DNA of 64,000 bases from Octopus vulgaris (GCA_951406725.2 OX597820.1:116932001-116996000); one strand, 5' to 3'. Shown: positions 1 through 11,791, counted from the stretch's first letter. Program-made: numbers and translations. The notes: generated by a model not told the origin, from the sequence alone.

Positions 1-633
1 TATGTGACACCAGCACGGGTGCTTTATATATGTGACACCAGCAGGGTGCTTTATATATGTGCACCAGCATGGGTGCTTTATATATGTGACACCAGCATGG
101 GTGCTTTATATATGTGCACCACCAGCATGGGTGCTTTATATATGTGCCACCAGCAGGGTGCTTTATATATGTGACACCAGCACGGGTGCTTTATATATGT
201 GACACCAGCATGGGTGCTTTATATATATGTGCCACCACATGGGTGCTTTATATATGTGACACCAGCATGGGTGCTTTATATATGTGCCACCAGCATGGGT
301 GCTTTATATATGTGACACCAGCATGGGTGCTTTATATATGTGACACCAGCATGGGTGCTTTATATATGTGCCACCAGCATGGGTGCTTTATATATGTGCC
401 ACCAGCATGGGTGCTTTATATATGTGACACCAGCATGGGTGCTTTTATATATGTGCCACCAGCATGGTGTGCTTTATATATGTGACACCAGCACTGGTGC
501 TTTATATATGTGCCACCAGCATGGGTGCTTTATATATGTGCCACCAGCACGGGTGCTTTATATATGTGACACCAGCATGGGTGCTTTATATATGTGACAC
601 CAGCATGGGTGCTTTATATATGTGACACCAGCA
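1..633. repeat. 28-bp minisatellite (TGTG(A/C)CACCAGCATGGGTGCTTTATATA-like), about 22 units, runs off the left edge
   Basis: Direct tandem periodicity with GACACC/GCCACC variants; explains ORFs 114..485 and 340..597. Confidence 0.95.
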
Positions 634-1627
634 CCATACACAATACATCATTTTCCCTACTCCTATTTCTTTTCATCTGGTACAATAGTATTTTGTTTTT
701 TTGTCTTTTTACAGAGAAATAATTATTTAATGTTCAATGAAAAAAATACTTATAGAATAAAATAGAATATCTAACTTCTACTGGTTTTGAACTCTCACTC
801 TGGCTATGAGACACAAACACTTTCACACATGCATTTACACAGGATAGACTTTTAGTTTCCACCTAATCCACTCACAGGGTGTTGGCTGGCTTGAGACATT
901 TGTGGAAGACACCTGCCCGAGGTGCCAAGTCTGTGCTTATTTCCACTCCCAAATGAAAAGTAAGCTTTTATACAAAAAGGAAAACAGGAAAACGTAAATG
1001 ATACACCATGTGAATAAAAGATAAAAAGAGTACAAGAGTGCTATATGGATACGTGATATCTCCATAGATATCACTTTTAGAGAGTACAAGCCAAATGGGG
1101 GGGAGCATCTATGTGGTTACTCGACTACCTAGAAACAGCAGCCAACTCTTTCTCAATACATTAGTTTTGAAAAATGGGAAGGACATACTGAATATCAAGA
1201 TGGTGATGATTAGAACTGTTTTGCTTACAGGTCAACTTAATCATGTCTGACCAGGGGTTAAACAACAGCAATTTCATGTAATATGTTGAAGAGCCAAAAG
1301 CCAAGTGAAATGAAATGACCCAGACAGGAATTTAAACCAGTGTTGCAGAACTTGGTTCACCAGGTACTTTCTATTCTGTTGGCCTAAGAAAATCTACCCA
1401 AAACCTACTACTACATATATTAAATGGAAAAAAAAAAAAAGAAAAAAAAAACTGCAAACTAAAAGAAAAGGAAACACAAACACACACACACACACAAGAA
1501 AAATAAGATACAAACCTATCTTAGCTACTCTGATTTCTTGTACAAGTTCCAAGAAGGAAGGTTGAAGTGTATCTTAAGTTGCATGATATATACATATACA
1601 CACATATATATATATATATTTCAACAT

Positions 1628-1667
<40 letters not shown>

Positions 1668-2031
1668 GTATTTATTACCCCAATCACCATCACAATCATT
1701 GTTTTTATGCCCTTCCCCTAGCCTCATAATTGGGTTGAGCAAGTCTCAAAGAGTCTTACATACTTTGCAATGTAATGGGTATATTTTTATATAGTTATCA
1801 TGCCGCCAACACATGAAAGAGGTTGGCTATAGCAGAAATAAAAGCTTTCTTCTGCCCAGAATCAGTTTTTTTAAGAATTTACTTCCCTCCCAGACAAGTT
1901 GCCTGTGATGTGGTTTGTTGAATCAACATCTCTTTCACACATGCTTTTTTTTTTTGCCGTTTTCTTTGGCACGGTTCTTTATGGTTGGATACCCTTCTTA
2001 TCACCAAATGCTTCACACTCTGCACATTTTA

Positions 2032-2245
2032 TCTATTTCTTTACTACCCACAAGGGGATAAACACAGAGGGGATAAACAAGGACAGACAAACAAATTAAG
2101 TCGATTACATCGACTCCAGTGTGTAACTGGTACTTAATTTATTGACCCCGAAAGGATGAAAGGCAAAGTCGACCTCGGCGGAATTTGAACTCAGAACGTA
2201 GCGGCAGACGAAATACGTTCTGAGTTCAAATTCCGCCGAGGTCGA
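2032..2245 (-). mobile_element. tRNA-derived SINE family B copy with terminal fold-back
   Basis: Matches family B body (GAGTTCAAATTCCGCCGAGGTCGACTTTGCCTTTCATCCTTTCGGGGTCGATAAATTAAGTACCAG...AAAGAAATAG); 2214-2245 is an inverted duplicate of 2169-2200. Confidence 0.9.
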
Positions 2246-2363
2246 ATCGTACCTCCATAGATGTTGGAATTTCAGTTTTGCAAACTGAACAGAAATAATG
2301 CACAGACAGGAAAGACCGATAATATCTTGCAATGTAATAGTGATAAAATATACTTTTGGGTGA

Positions 2364-2478
2364 ATCATCATCATCATCATTTAATGTCTGTTTTCCATGC
2401 TGGCATGGGTTGGATGGCTTGACAGGAACTGAGAAACCAGAGAAGTATGACAAGCTCCAATGTCTGCTTTGCCTGATA
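2364..2478 (-). mobile_element. Family C 3' tail fragment with (GAT)n end
   Basis: Reverse complement of CCAACCCATGCCAGCATGGAAAACAGACATTAAATGATGATG, as in other family C copies. Confidence 0.8.
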
Positions 2479-2763
2479 TTGTGCATGTACATGTGTACAC
2501 ACACACACACGCACACAGAGGCACACACACACAGAGGAACACACATGCACGCGCACACACACACACGCACAAACACATCAAACTTTGCTCCTACACAAAA
2601 TGAACATTTTATCGCCTCAATCATTAGTCTTAAAAATCAACATCATCATCATCATCCTACAGTCAAATCCTTTTACACAATTTTGTTGACATCTACCACA
2701 AATCTCAAATCAAAATAACATTTTTAGTTTATAAAGAAATAATTATACAGCAACTGAGTCAAA

Positions 2764-2796
<33 letters not shown>

Positions 2797-4057
2797 CTAA
2801 AATCTGTGGTACTGTAGACAAACCTGCTTAAAGCAATCCACAGTCTAAAAAAAAAAAAGAAAAAAAAGAAAGAAAGAAAGAAAGCTAATAAATTGTATTT
2901 ATGGATAGACGGGCTATTATGGAAACATAAAAAGAATTTTAAAAAAATAAAATAAATAAGTCAATAATCAGAATGAATTGAACAGAAACTGTTGGTAAAT
3001 CAATAATTTACCTATGTAACAGCTGGCTAGAAGTGAAGGCGTTAAATGAGAGTTGTAGAAATATTAGTTTGGTAAGTAGGGAGGAGGAAGAGGAGGAGGA
3101 GGGGGAGGATCTAGTAGGAGAGGAGGAAATATAATAAGTCTATCATCCAATTTCATTGTTCTCACTGAGATGTTTCTTTCCAATAAATAAACAAAGACTA
3201 TTATTTCAACACTTTTTCCTCAACACCATTCGGTTCTCATTGTATAAATATACACAGCAGGTCCTCCTCTGCATCAATACAGCAAAAACCCCTTCTTACT
3301 TACTTACACACACACAAACACACACACACCTCTATATGTGTGTGTGTGTGTGTATTGGTTTGTTTTGTAACAGATCAATACGAAGATTAGGCAAAAAGAA
3401 ACACTTGCAAGAGTCTTGCAACAACTTGTGCTTTTATATCTCATAAACAGATTTATGTTCCATCAAGCTTAGCTTCGTATACTATGTCTGTGCAGATGTG
3501 CAGATGTAGAAGGAGATGGCAGGGGTGGGAGGCTTCCATGTTCAAAGTAAACACGAAAGAACAGAGCTAGAAAAAAAAACTTCCAAATGTATTAGGTGTT
3601 ATATTTTCATCAAAATAATTCTTTCCCCCCACCCCCCTCTTCTAAATGTGATTATAAAATACAATATCTTTCCAGTTTTGCAGGGGTCAGAAAACATCTT
3701 CTGTAGATAGATACAAAGTACAATACACACACATACACACACACACAAATGCACTAAGATATCAGTACACGCATATACACACAGGCAGACAATATATATA
3801 TATATACACATATATATATATATATATGTATGTATATATATATATGTATATATGTATGTATATATATTTTAATACATAAATACACGCAAACATACACAAA
3901 TTTATACAGATTAACACATATATACACAAATACACATACGTATTAATACATGCACCCAAACACATACACACACAAATATATGCAAATATTTGCACACAGC
4001 ACTATACACACAGCACTATACACACAAATATTGTATTAGCATATATTATATTATATT

Positions 4058-4107
<50 letters not shown>

Positions 4108-4149
4108 AATTAAAATGTAGGACAAGAGATGGAACGAACCGACGAATCG

Positions 4150-4184
<35 letters not shown>

Positions 4185-4331
4185 TACTAATACAAACATT
4201 ATATACACATACAAATACAGTTTTATTTCTGCTGTTCATGCATATGTGCACATAAACTTATGTGCAAATGTAGAAATAAATGCACCAATGGGCAGCAGTC
4301 ATCCAGTGTAAGCGAGTGCACATGTATATTC

Positions 4332-4902
4332 CTATTTTTACTTGTTTCAGTCATTTGACGGTGGCCATGCTGGAGTACTGCCTTTAGTCAAAGAAATCGA
4401 CCTGTGGACGTGTTCTTTGTAAGCCTAGTACTTATTCTATCAATCTCTTTTACTGAACCACTAAGTAACGGAGACATAAACACACCAATACTGGTTATCA
4501 AGTGATGGGGGAGACACACAGACACACAAACACATATATATGTATGAGTGTGTGTGTGTGTGTGTATATGTTTGTGTGTCTGTCTCTGTCCCCACCCCCA
4601 CCCCAACATCGCTTGACAACTGATGCTGGTGTGTTTACGTCCCCATAACATAGCAGTTCAGCAAAAGAGACCAATAGAATAAGTACTAGGCTTACAAAAA
4701 TAAGTCCTGGGGTAGATTTGCTTGACTAAAGGTGGTGCACCAGCATGGCCACAGTCAAATGACTGAAACAAGTAAAAGAGAAAAGAATACGATGATCTAC
4801 TTTCAGTTTCTGTCTACCAAATCCACTCACAAGGTTTGAGGCTATAGCAGAAGACACTTGCCCAAGGTACCACGCAGTGGGACTGAACCCGGAACCATGT
4901 GA
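4332..4902 (-). mobile_element. SINE family A copy with an oppositely oriented family A 3' half (~4540-4787) nested in its central microsatellite
   Basis: Minus 3' half 4332-~4540, plus 3' half ~4540-4787, minus 5' half 4788-4902. Confidence 0.85.
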
Positions 4903-5425
4903 TGAGGTAATGAATGTGTGACGTTCTGTATGGAGGTAGTTAACAGCAGGTTTAAGTGGCTTTCATTAACAGGGCTCAACAGATGACAGACAACAGTAGC
5001 TGACAGGATTTCTCCTTCCCTTCTGTTCCCTTCTCCTCAACCCAACATTTCACTCTTTACTGTTCACACAGCAAATTAACAGCAAAAACCACAAACAAGC
5101 AACAAACGAGCCAGCCAGACAACAAAGCAGTCGGCTTAATATAGCAAGTGAAATCACTTTCCAACAAAGACCCCCACCCCCCAATTATGATAACAAGGTG
5201 GAGGAAGGAGCATGTGGGAAACCATAGATTTTTTTTTTTTAATTTTTGAATAGCAGGGACCAAACAAAGTCAAGATATCCATGAACTCAAAGTCGGATTG
5301 CTAAACAAAGGAACCTCTATACAGTTTCTAGATTTGCAAAAAATAGCAACTAAATTTTCCTTAAACTGCAACTTAACGTACATTATTTACATTGGACAGT
5401 TATGTGTCCTCATCTTGTTTGTTGT

Positions 5426-5472
5426 TAACTCAACGTTTCAGCTGATATACCCTCCAGCCTTCATCAGGTGTC
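5426..5472 (-). ncRNA. Minimal type I hammerhead ribozyme motif in pLTR (degraded second copy at ~6090-6135, +)
   Basis: Minus strand GACAC-CUGAUGA-A-GGCUG(loop)CAGCU-GAAA-CGU-U-GAGUU; the sister arm at 5511 has GAAACGUUGUGUU, restoring stem I; palindromic ACGU stem III. Confidence 0.75.
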
Positions 5473-5610
5473 TTGGAGAAATTTCAAACCTGGTGGAGGG
5501 TATATCAACCGAAACGTTGTGTTAACAACAAACAAGATGAGGACAAATATCTGCCAAATGTAATTAATGTACATAATTCCTGATCTCTTAAATATAGAAC
5601 TGTATTATCT

Positions 5611-6056
5611 AATCAGTACGGAGCCGACATTAGACTTCAATGGAGACATATTGCGAAACTCCAACAAAAACTAGCTCGTCTTTCAAACCATCTAACTTTC
5701 CTGTGTAGATGTAGGGGCTCAAAGCTAATACAACCTGGCTTGAATATAATGACATCAGTGGATTTATATAAAGATAGAAGAGTAGCGGTAAGGGCAGGAC
5801 ATGCCCTCGCCCATGAGAGGATTCATTACAACCGTTGGAAAAAACATCAACTAAACAATGAAATCAAAGAGAGGTTATCTTCATTACTTAGGAAAATAGC
5901 CAGTGATGGTGATAGAGAATTCAACAAGATCTAGAAATGTCATACATGAAAGAATTTGAAATGGTGAAGACATGCCAGATTAAGAAGTTTATGATACTCA
6001 AAGGTCAGAGAATGAAGACTGAAGTCCGTCACCCACCTGTGAAAGCAGTAATTAAT
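5611..6056 (+). pseudogene. Frameshifted N-terminal fragment of a Penelope-like polyprotein (no RT or GIY-YIG domain)
   Basis: Open frame 5611-5934 (includes ORF 5740..5934), continuing in a shifted frame as DLEMSYMKEFEMVKTCQIKKFMILKGQRMKTEVRHPPVKAVIN. Confidence 0.75.
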
Positions 6057-6534
6057 GAAAATGAGAACCCAGGTTCGAAATTTCCCCAAGATACCTGATG
6101 AAGGGTGGAGGGTATATCAGCTAAAACATCGTGTTAACAGCAAACAAGATGAGGACAAATATCCATCAAATGTAAATAATGTAAATAATTCCTCATCTCT
6201 TAAATATAGAACTGTGCAACTTAATGTCTTAAGAAAAAAAAAGTAAACATTGGATAATGCAGTTCCAAATATAGCAAAAGACATGATGGTCATGTCTAGA
6301 ATTTAGATAAAACTTGATCTAACAGATCAAAGGCTGGTTGATGACAACTGAAAGCCATGATTTGATCCAACTGGGTCTCATTTCTTTCAAGAACATTTCA
6401 AGTTAAAATAAAACTGAAGAAGTACTTTCATTCTTTTACTGGTTTTAGTCACTGAACTGTGGCCATGCTGGGGCAGTACCTTCAAGATTTTGTTGACCAT
6501 ACCAACCCCAGGACTTCTAGGATTCCTATAGCTT

Positions 6535-6850
6535 TATACTGACCTGCACATTGTGAATAGAATTGGTAGACAGAAATTGAGAATCTTACTCTGTGTGTGT
6601 GTGTGTGTGTGTGTGTTATACCTCCTTGCCTAGACTTAATGTGATAGTTGTAAACAAATGCTATCGTCGAGCAGTGTCCATTTCCAGTCTTCTGTGAAAA
6701 CATGATCGTGGAGAAATATTACCTTATTTGGAAGACAGGTGAGGGCTGGTGGCAGGAAGGGCATCCAGCTGAGGAACATATTCTCCTAAACAAATTGCAT
6801 CCAACCATGCAAATGTGAAAAAGTGGATGTTAAAACAGTGATGATGATAA
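6535..6850 (+). mobile_element. Old SINE with family A-like middle, (TG)n and RTE-type tail (GGAAGGGCATCCAGCTG...GATGTTAAAACAGTGATGATG)
   Basis: 5' part matches A (TTGTGAATAGAATTGGTAGACAGAAATTGA); 3' part matches family C tail motifs. Confidence 0.6.
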
Positions 6851-7159
6851 ATCATAACAGAATGTTACTAAAAATATTACATTGAACAATTAAATCTACA
6901 AGAATTTCTCTTGTAAAGGTAAATAGCATGTGGTTCAGCAGAGCCAACCATGCACAGGTAGATTTAAAAAGATTCTGTCTGTTCAATCCAGTTGGCTGTA
7001 ATCTGTGATTAAGTTTCTGTGAAACAAAGATAAGACTTCTACCTGCTTTTGTTAACTCAATAATATGTGGCTTCTAAAACCAAATTGTCTTACATATTCT
7101 TTTTCTTTCTCTCTGTAACAACATTTGATAAAAACATCAGACACCTTGGCATATATATA

Positions 7160-7551
7160 TGGCTGTGTGGTAAGTAGCTTGTCTACCAACCGCATGGTTC
7201 CGGGTTCAGTCCCACTGCGTGGCACCTTGGGTAAGTGTCTTCTACTATAGCCTCGGGCCGACCAAAGCCTTGTGAGTGGATTTGGTAGACGGAAACTGAA
7301 AGAAGCCCGTCGTATATATGTATATATATATATGTGTTTGTGTGTGTGTGTCTGTGATTGTCCCCTAGCATTGCTTGACAACCGATGCTGGTGTGTTTAT
7401 GCCCCCGTCACTTAGCGGTTCAGCAAAAGAGACCGATAGAATAAGTACTGGGCTTACAAAAGAATAAGTCCCAGGGTCGAGTTGCTCGATTAAAGGCGGT
7501 GCTCCAGCATGGCCACAGTCAAATGACTGAAACGAGTAAAAGAGTAAAAGA
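7160..7551 (+). mobile_element. SINE family A (tRNA-derived head, CORE-like ACCTTGGGCAAGT block, internal (TA)(TG) microsatellite, GTAAAAGA tail)
   Basis: A-box-like TGGCTGTGTGGTAAG and B-box-like GGTTCAGTCCC; more than 20 homologous copies or fragments in the window. Confidence 0.92.
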
Positions 7552-7577
7552 TATATATATATATATATATATATATA

Positions 7578-7790
7578 TTACGGAGATGTACTTGCATAGC
7601 AAGTGATTTGATCTGAGATCGTGTGCTGAAACGAAAACAATTGCAGCGTGGAAGGTGTTTGTAAGCCATTTAAGAAACACACAAAAGCCGTTCGATTCAC
7701 TTCAACATTTAAGTTTAATTTGTCAAAATATTTTCATCGCTATAAGACCGCGACCTGTTCACTGACAAAAATCCGTGCTGCATCTCTGGT
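7578..7790 (-). mobile_element. Penelope-like pLTR fragment adjoining a (TA)n tract; same family as 16882-17231
   Basis: Close match to 16882-17071 (ORF track 7648 vs 16924 translations are near-identical). Confidence 0.8.
7719..7769 (-). ncRNA. Hammerhead-fold RNA with variant G3:C8 core
   Basis: Minus strand UUUGUCA-GUGAACA-G-GUCGC(GGUCUUAUA)GCGAU-GAAA-AUAU-U-U-UGACAAA: perfect 7-bp stem I, 5-bp stem II, palindromic AAUAUU stem III. Confidence 0.7.
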
Positions 7791-8073
7791 TATACACATA
7801 CAATTTATATACGTTATTATTATTTTTTTTTTGCAATTTACTTAATCTTTGACATTTTATTGTTATTTTAATGTTAATATTTCTATTATATGTAATTTTC
7901 TAGATGGTGTAATTTAATTGTTCATTTTGAATTGATAAAAGGTGTTTTTTTTCTAATTTTTTTACATATATATTATATTGTGTGAAATTTGATTTAGTAT
8001 TTCTAAATTGAATTTTTTTCCTTGTAAGTTTTGGATTTTATTCCCTCAAATATTAATAATTATATATACATAC

Positions 8074-8183
8074 ATATTAGAAGAAATGAGGTACTCAGAA
8101 ATCTGGATGGTTTTATATTTACAGATATTTATTAGCGCTTTTGTCCACTCTAGTGGAGTCTAGTACCTCATTTCTTCTAATAT
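8074..8183. repeat. 22-bp perfect inverted repeat with 66-bp spacer (MITE or PLE remnant)
   Basis: ATATTAGAAGAAATGAGGTACT 8074-8095 versus AGTACCTCATTTCTTCTAATAT 8162-8183. Confidence 0.75.
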
Positions 8184-8294
8184 ATAATACCTGTACATCA
8201 TCTCCAAACATTCTAATATATATGCATGCCAAATTATAAGACTAAATATTTCACAATAGATATTTGACTGGACCCAATTTATATGAAATTAGTA

Positions 8295-8642
8295 GTGGCT
8301 GTGTGGTAAGTAGCTTGCTTACCAACCACTTGGTTCTGGCTTCAATCCCTTTGCATGGCACCTTGGGCAAGTGTCTTCTGCTATAGCCTTGGGCTGACTA
8401 AAGCCTTGGATTTAGTAGATGGAAACTGAAAGAATCCCATCATGTGTGTGTGTGTCCTACTACCACTTGATGACTAGTGTTGATGTGTTTACGTCACCAT
8501 AACTTAGTGGTTTGGCAAAAGAGACTGGTAAAACAAGTAGTAAGCTTAAAAAAGGATAAGTACTGGGGTCACTTTGTTCAATTAAAATTCCTCATAATGC
8601 TCCAGTATGGTTGCAGTCTAATGACTGAAATAAGTGAAAGAT
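8295..8642 (+). mobile_element. SINE family A, diverged copy
   Basis: Head, body and tail motifs align with family A. Confidence 0.85.
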
Positions 8643-9077
8643 ATGTTGGGGGCTGGAAAAGAATTTTGATCCAAAAGACCTATAATCAAAGCCATGTGAG
8701 TTGTACCCCAGATACATTACCCAAACTTCTCTTCTTCTCAAGATAGAGTGAGGTTTGAAGACTAAGCTGCTACATCTAGCAAATCAAATGATTAGATTTC
8801 CTGAGGAAATACTGTATTTATTGGTGGAGCAGAAAGAAATTGTCATTTTTAATAATTGATAAATTGTAAGAATGAAGAGAGGAAATATCCTATAAATTTT
8901 TTTCTGGAATGATATTACCATTTATTTTTAAGAGGTGACAAAGTAACTCTCAACATTTATATTTCATAGCAGCAGTTGTTTTAACTTTAGCCATTAAATG
9001 TCTTGTTGAAGAACGTGGAGAATGAGACTTATGGAGTTTCAAATGGTGAGGCCTGAAATAATTCATCATAATTCAAT

Positions 9078-9300
9078 ATCATCATCATTTAACGTCTGCT
9101 TTCCATGCTGTCATCAGTTGGATGGTTTGGCTGGAGACTGGCAAGCTAGGGGGTTGCACCAGGCTTCAACCTGATCTGGCAATGTTTCTACAGCTGGATG
9201 CCCTTCCTAACGCCAACCACTCCGAGAGTGTAGTGGGTGCTTTTTGACATGCCACCATAATGAGGAGCCAGTCAAGCAGCACAGGCATCGGTCACAACTA
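9078..9300 (-). mobile_element. Family C non-autonomous retroelement (RTE-type tail)
   Basis: Contains TTTCTACAGCTGGATGCCCTTCCTAACGCCAACCACTCC and a (CAT)n end. Confidence 0.85.
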
Positions 9301-9374
9301 CAATTTCCATTTGATTTTAATTATATTTGAATAACTTCATCATTAAGCAGCAACAATAATAATAATGGTTTCAA

Positions 9375-9780
9375 ATTTTGGCACAAGGCCAGCAGTTTTT
9401 GTGGAGGGGATAAGTCGGTTACATCAACCCTAGTGCATAACTGGTACTTATTTTATCAACCCCAAAAGGATGAAAAGCAAAGTCAACTTTGGTGGAATTT
9501 GAACTCAGATCGTAAAGACAGACAAAATACTGCTAAGCATTTTGCCTGGAGTGCAAAGAATTCTGCCAGCTCACCAAATTTATAAATAATAATAACAACA
9601 ATAAGACTTATTTCAACAATTTTAGGAAGGTATCAATCAATGAAATCGGCCCCAGTATATGACAAGTACTTTATTCTACTTTAAGATGGGAAGCAAAGTT
9701 AACCTTGGTGGAATTTGGAACTCAGAATGTAAAGATGGAGGAAATGCTGCTAAGGATTCTGCCGGTGCCACACCGCCATT
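9375..9780 (-). mobile_element. Two diverged family B SINE copies
   Basis: Two occurrences of AAAGTCAACTTTGGTGGAATTTGAACTCAG-like motifs. Confidence 0.7.
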
Positions 9781-9846
9781 AGTGGCAGCGGCAATGGGTT
9801 TCTACTATAGACATAAGGGCCGAAAGTATTCTGTGTAGAGAATTCT

Positions 9847-9879
<33 letters not shown>

Positions 9880-10039
9880 AGGAAAGGAAGGAAGGAAGGA
9901 GGGAGGAAAGAAGGAAGAAGAGAAGGAAGGGAAGGAAGGACAGGATGGTCATATCTCTGATCAAAGCCTTGCAACTACATGCAGCAGACATGCACTGAAC
10001 ATCAAAAGAAATAGAACCCGACATTGCTGAGTGAAAGAA

Positions 10040-10407
10040 GGCATGGCTGGGAGGTTAAGAAGCCCACTTGCAACCATATGGTTTTGGGTTCAGTCCCATT
10101 GCATGGCACATTGAGTAAATGGTCATCTACTGTAGCCCAGTGTTGACCAATGCTTTGTGAGTGAATTGAGTAGATGGAAACTGTGTGGAAGCCTGTGGTG
10201 TGTGTGTGTGTGTGTGTCCCACCACCTGATAACTAATGTTGGTTTGTTTATGTCTCTGTAACTTAGCAGTTCAGAAAAAGAGACTGACAGATCAATTATT
10301 AGACTTAAAAATATGTACTGGGGTTGGTTTGTTCAAGTACACCCCCTCAAGATAGTACCCCAGCATGGCCACAGTCCAATGACTGAAATAAGTAAAAGAT
10401 AAAAGAT
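10040..10407 (+). mobile_element. SINE family A, diverged copy
   Basis: Family A motifs through CAGCATGGCCACAGTCCAATGACTGAAATAAGTAAAAGA. Confidence 0.8.
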
Positions 10408-10943
10408 AAATGACTGGGACACTTGACAGTAATTGCCAACATGAGAGATAAATCATTACGACTGAAGAAAAAAAGAATTTTAAATCATTAAGCAATTATT
10501 TTGGAAAATAATTAATTTGACATGAGTTGATATCTTATCAATCATTAACTGAAGCCTTCCCCAATGAAAGTAGAAGAAATATAAAACATAAAATGGGTAA
10601 AAAGAAAAAAAGAGAAAATTAAACATCAAGAAAAAATATAGACTAAGACTGTGGTGGTGGTGGGGGGATTGACATCATGTAAATATTTAAAATAATTTAG
10701 ATTGTTGTACGAGAAATCTGCTGATGGAATGTTAAAGACAGAAGGTTTGGTAGTTGTGCAGTCTAAAAGGTTTCATCTTTTACCTACAACATTTAAATTT
10801 CTAATGTTAATCCTACATTAACTTTAATAATGTTAAGCTGACATTGCTAATAATTCTGTAATCCATTTCAGTGAATTGGTAATCCAAGAGGATTACCATA
10901 GAACAAGATTTCTTCCTTTCTTGGTGCCATGCCAACAAGCAGA

Positions 10944-11135
10944 TGTGCTGGTGCCATATATAAAACACTGGCGCTGGTGCCATGTAAAAAGCACCAAGTA
11001 CACTCTGTAAAGTGGTTGGTGCCACGAAGGATATCAAATCATAGAAGTGCTGCCAAAACAGACAACTGGAATCTGGTGCAATCCTCTGGCTTGCTAGTTT
11101 CTATAAACAGTCCAACCCATGCCAGCATCGAAAAT
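10944..11135 (+). mobile_element. Family C, diverged copy
   Basis: Tandem TGCTGGTGCCAT..AAAA(G)CAC motif followed by the family C body. Confidence 0.7.
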
Positions 11136-11791
11136 ACATCCGCACAAGGGATCTACAGAATTAATTTGTGAGAAAAAACATATTCAGAAGGAATAAACTA
11201 TAGTAACTATCATTTATTTCTTTGTAATTATTTGATTAATTTAAATAGTTCATGTATGGAACGCTATAAACATGGTAAGATCTACAATTCAAGGACAGTG
11301 GTTGTGGTCTGCATCAGTTGAAGTTAATCTGTAAAAGTTTGGGGGAAGAAACGAATCACAGCAAGTCGATTTCTTGTGAGGCATAAAAAATTCATTGATT
11401 GGAACAATAGTCATTCTTTGGAGAGAGAAAATATGGATAATACGATAGTGTTAGATACGGGAGTGAGAAAGAGATGAAAGAATGAAACATGGTGTAAATG
11501 TGTGTAGAGAAAAGGAAAACAAAGTGTGAGAGTATTGAGCAATGTCGGGGGAAATAAAGCCTCGTCAGGAGATGTTTTGCTAAATTAAAGAACAACTCTC
11601 TGAAATGAAACACTGCATCATCTTCCTATAGAGTGATAACAACAGCAATAATTATCCAACCAAATACTATGAACTTTTTGGTGTTATTTATCTCTAAGCA
11701 GACCTGAGATCAAAAGCATTCCAGCCATGACCATCTCGTCTTTTCTTTTTTTTTTTTTTCAGGTAGTGTATCTAGGACTATATTATAAATG

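Larger units (their letters stand above)
5380..6214 (+). mobile_element. Internally deleted Penelope-like element: inverted pLTR + pLTR + N-terminal ORF remnant + pLTR
   Basis: Inverted arms 5380-5456/5494-5570; direct repeat of the pLTR at ~6067-6214; TSD TGCAACTTAA(C/T)GT at 5367-5379 and 6215-6227; ORF remnant YGADIRLQWRHIAKLQQKLARLSNHLTFLCRCRGSKLIQPGL...QIKKF...VIN resembles the Penelope/Poseidon N-terminus. Confidence 0.85.

Noticed and set aside
1-633. CRISPR-like repeat array or Cys/His-rich ORFs
   Set aside because: Units are contiguous with no unique spacers, the context is eukaryotic and there are no cas genes; the ORFs are translations of the minisatellite.
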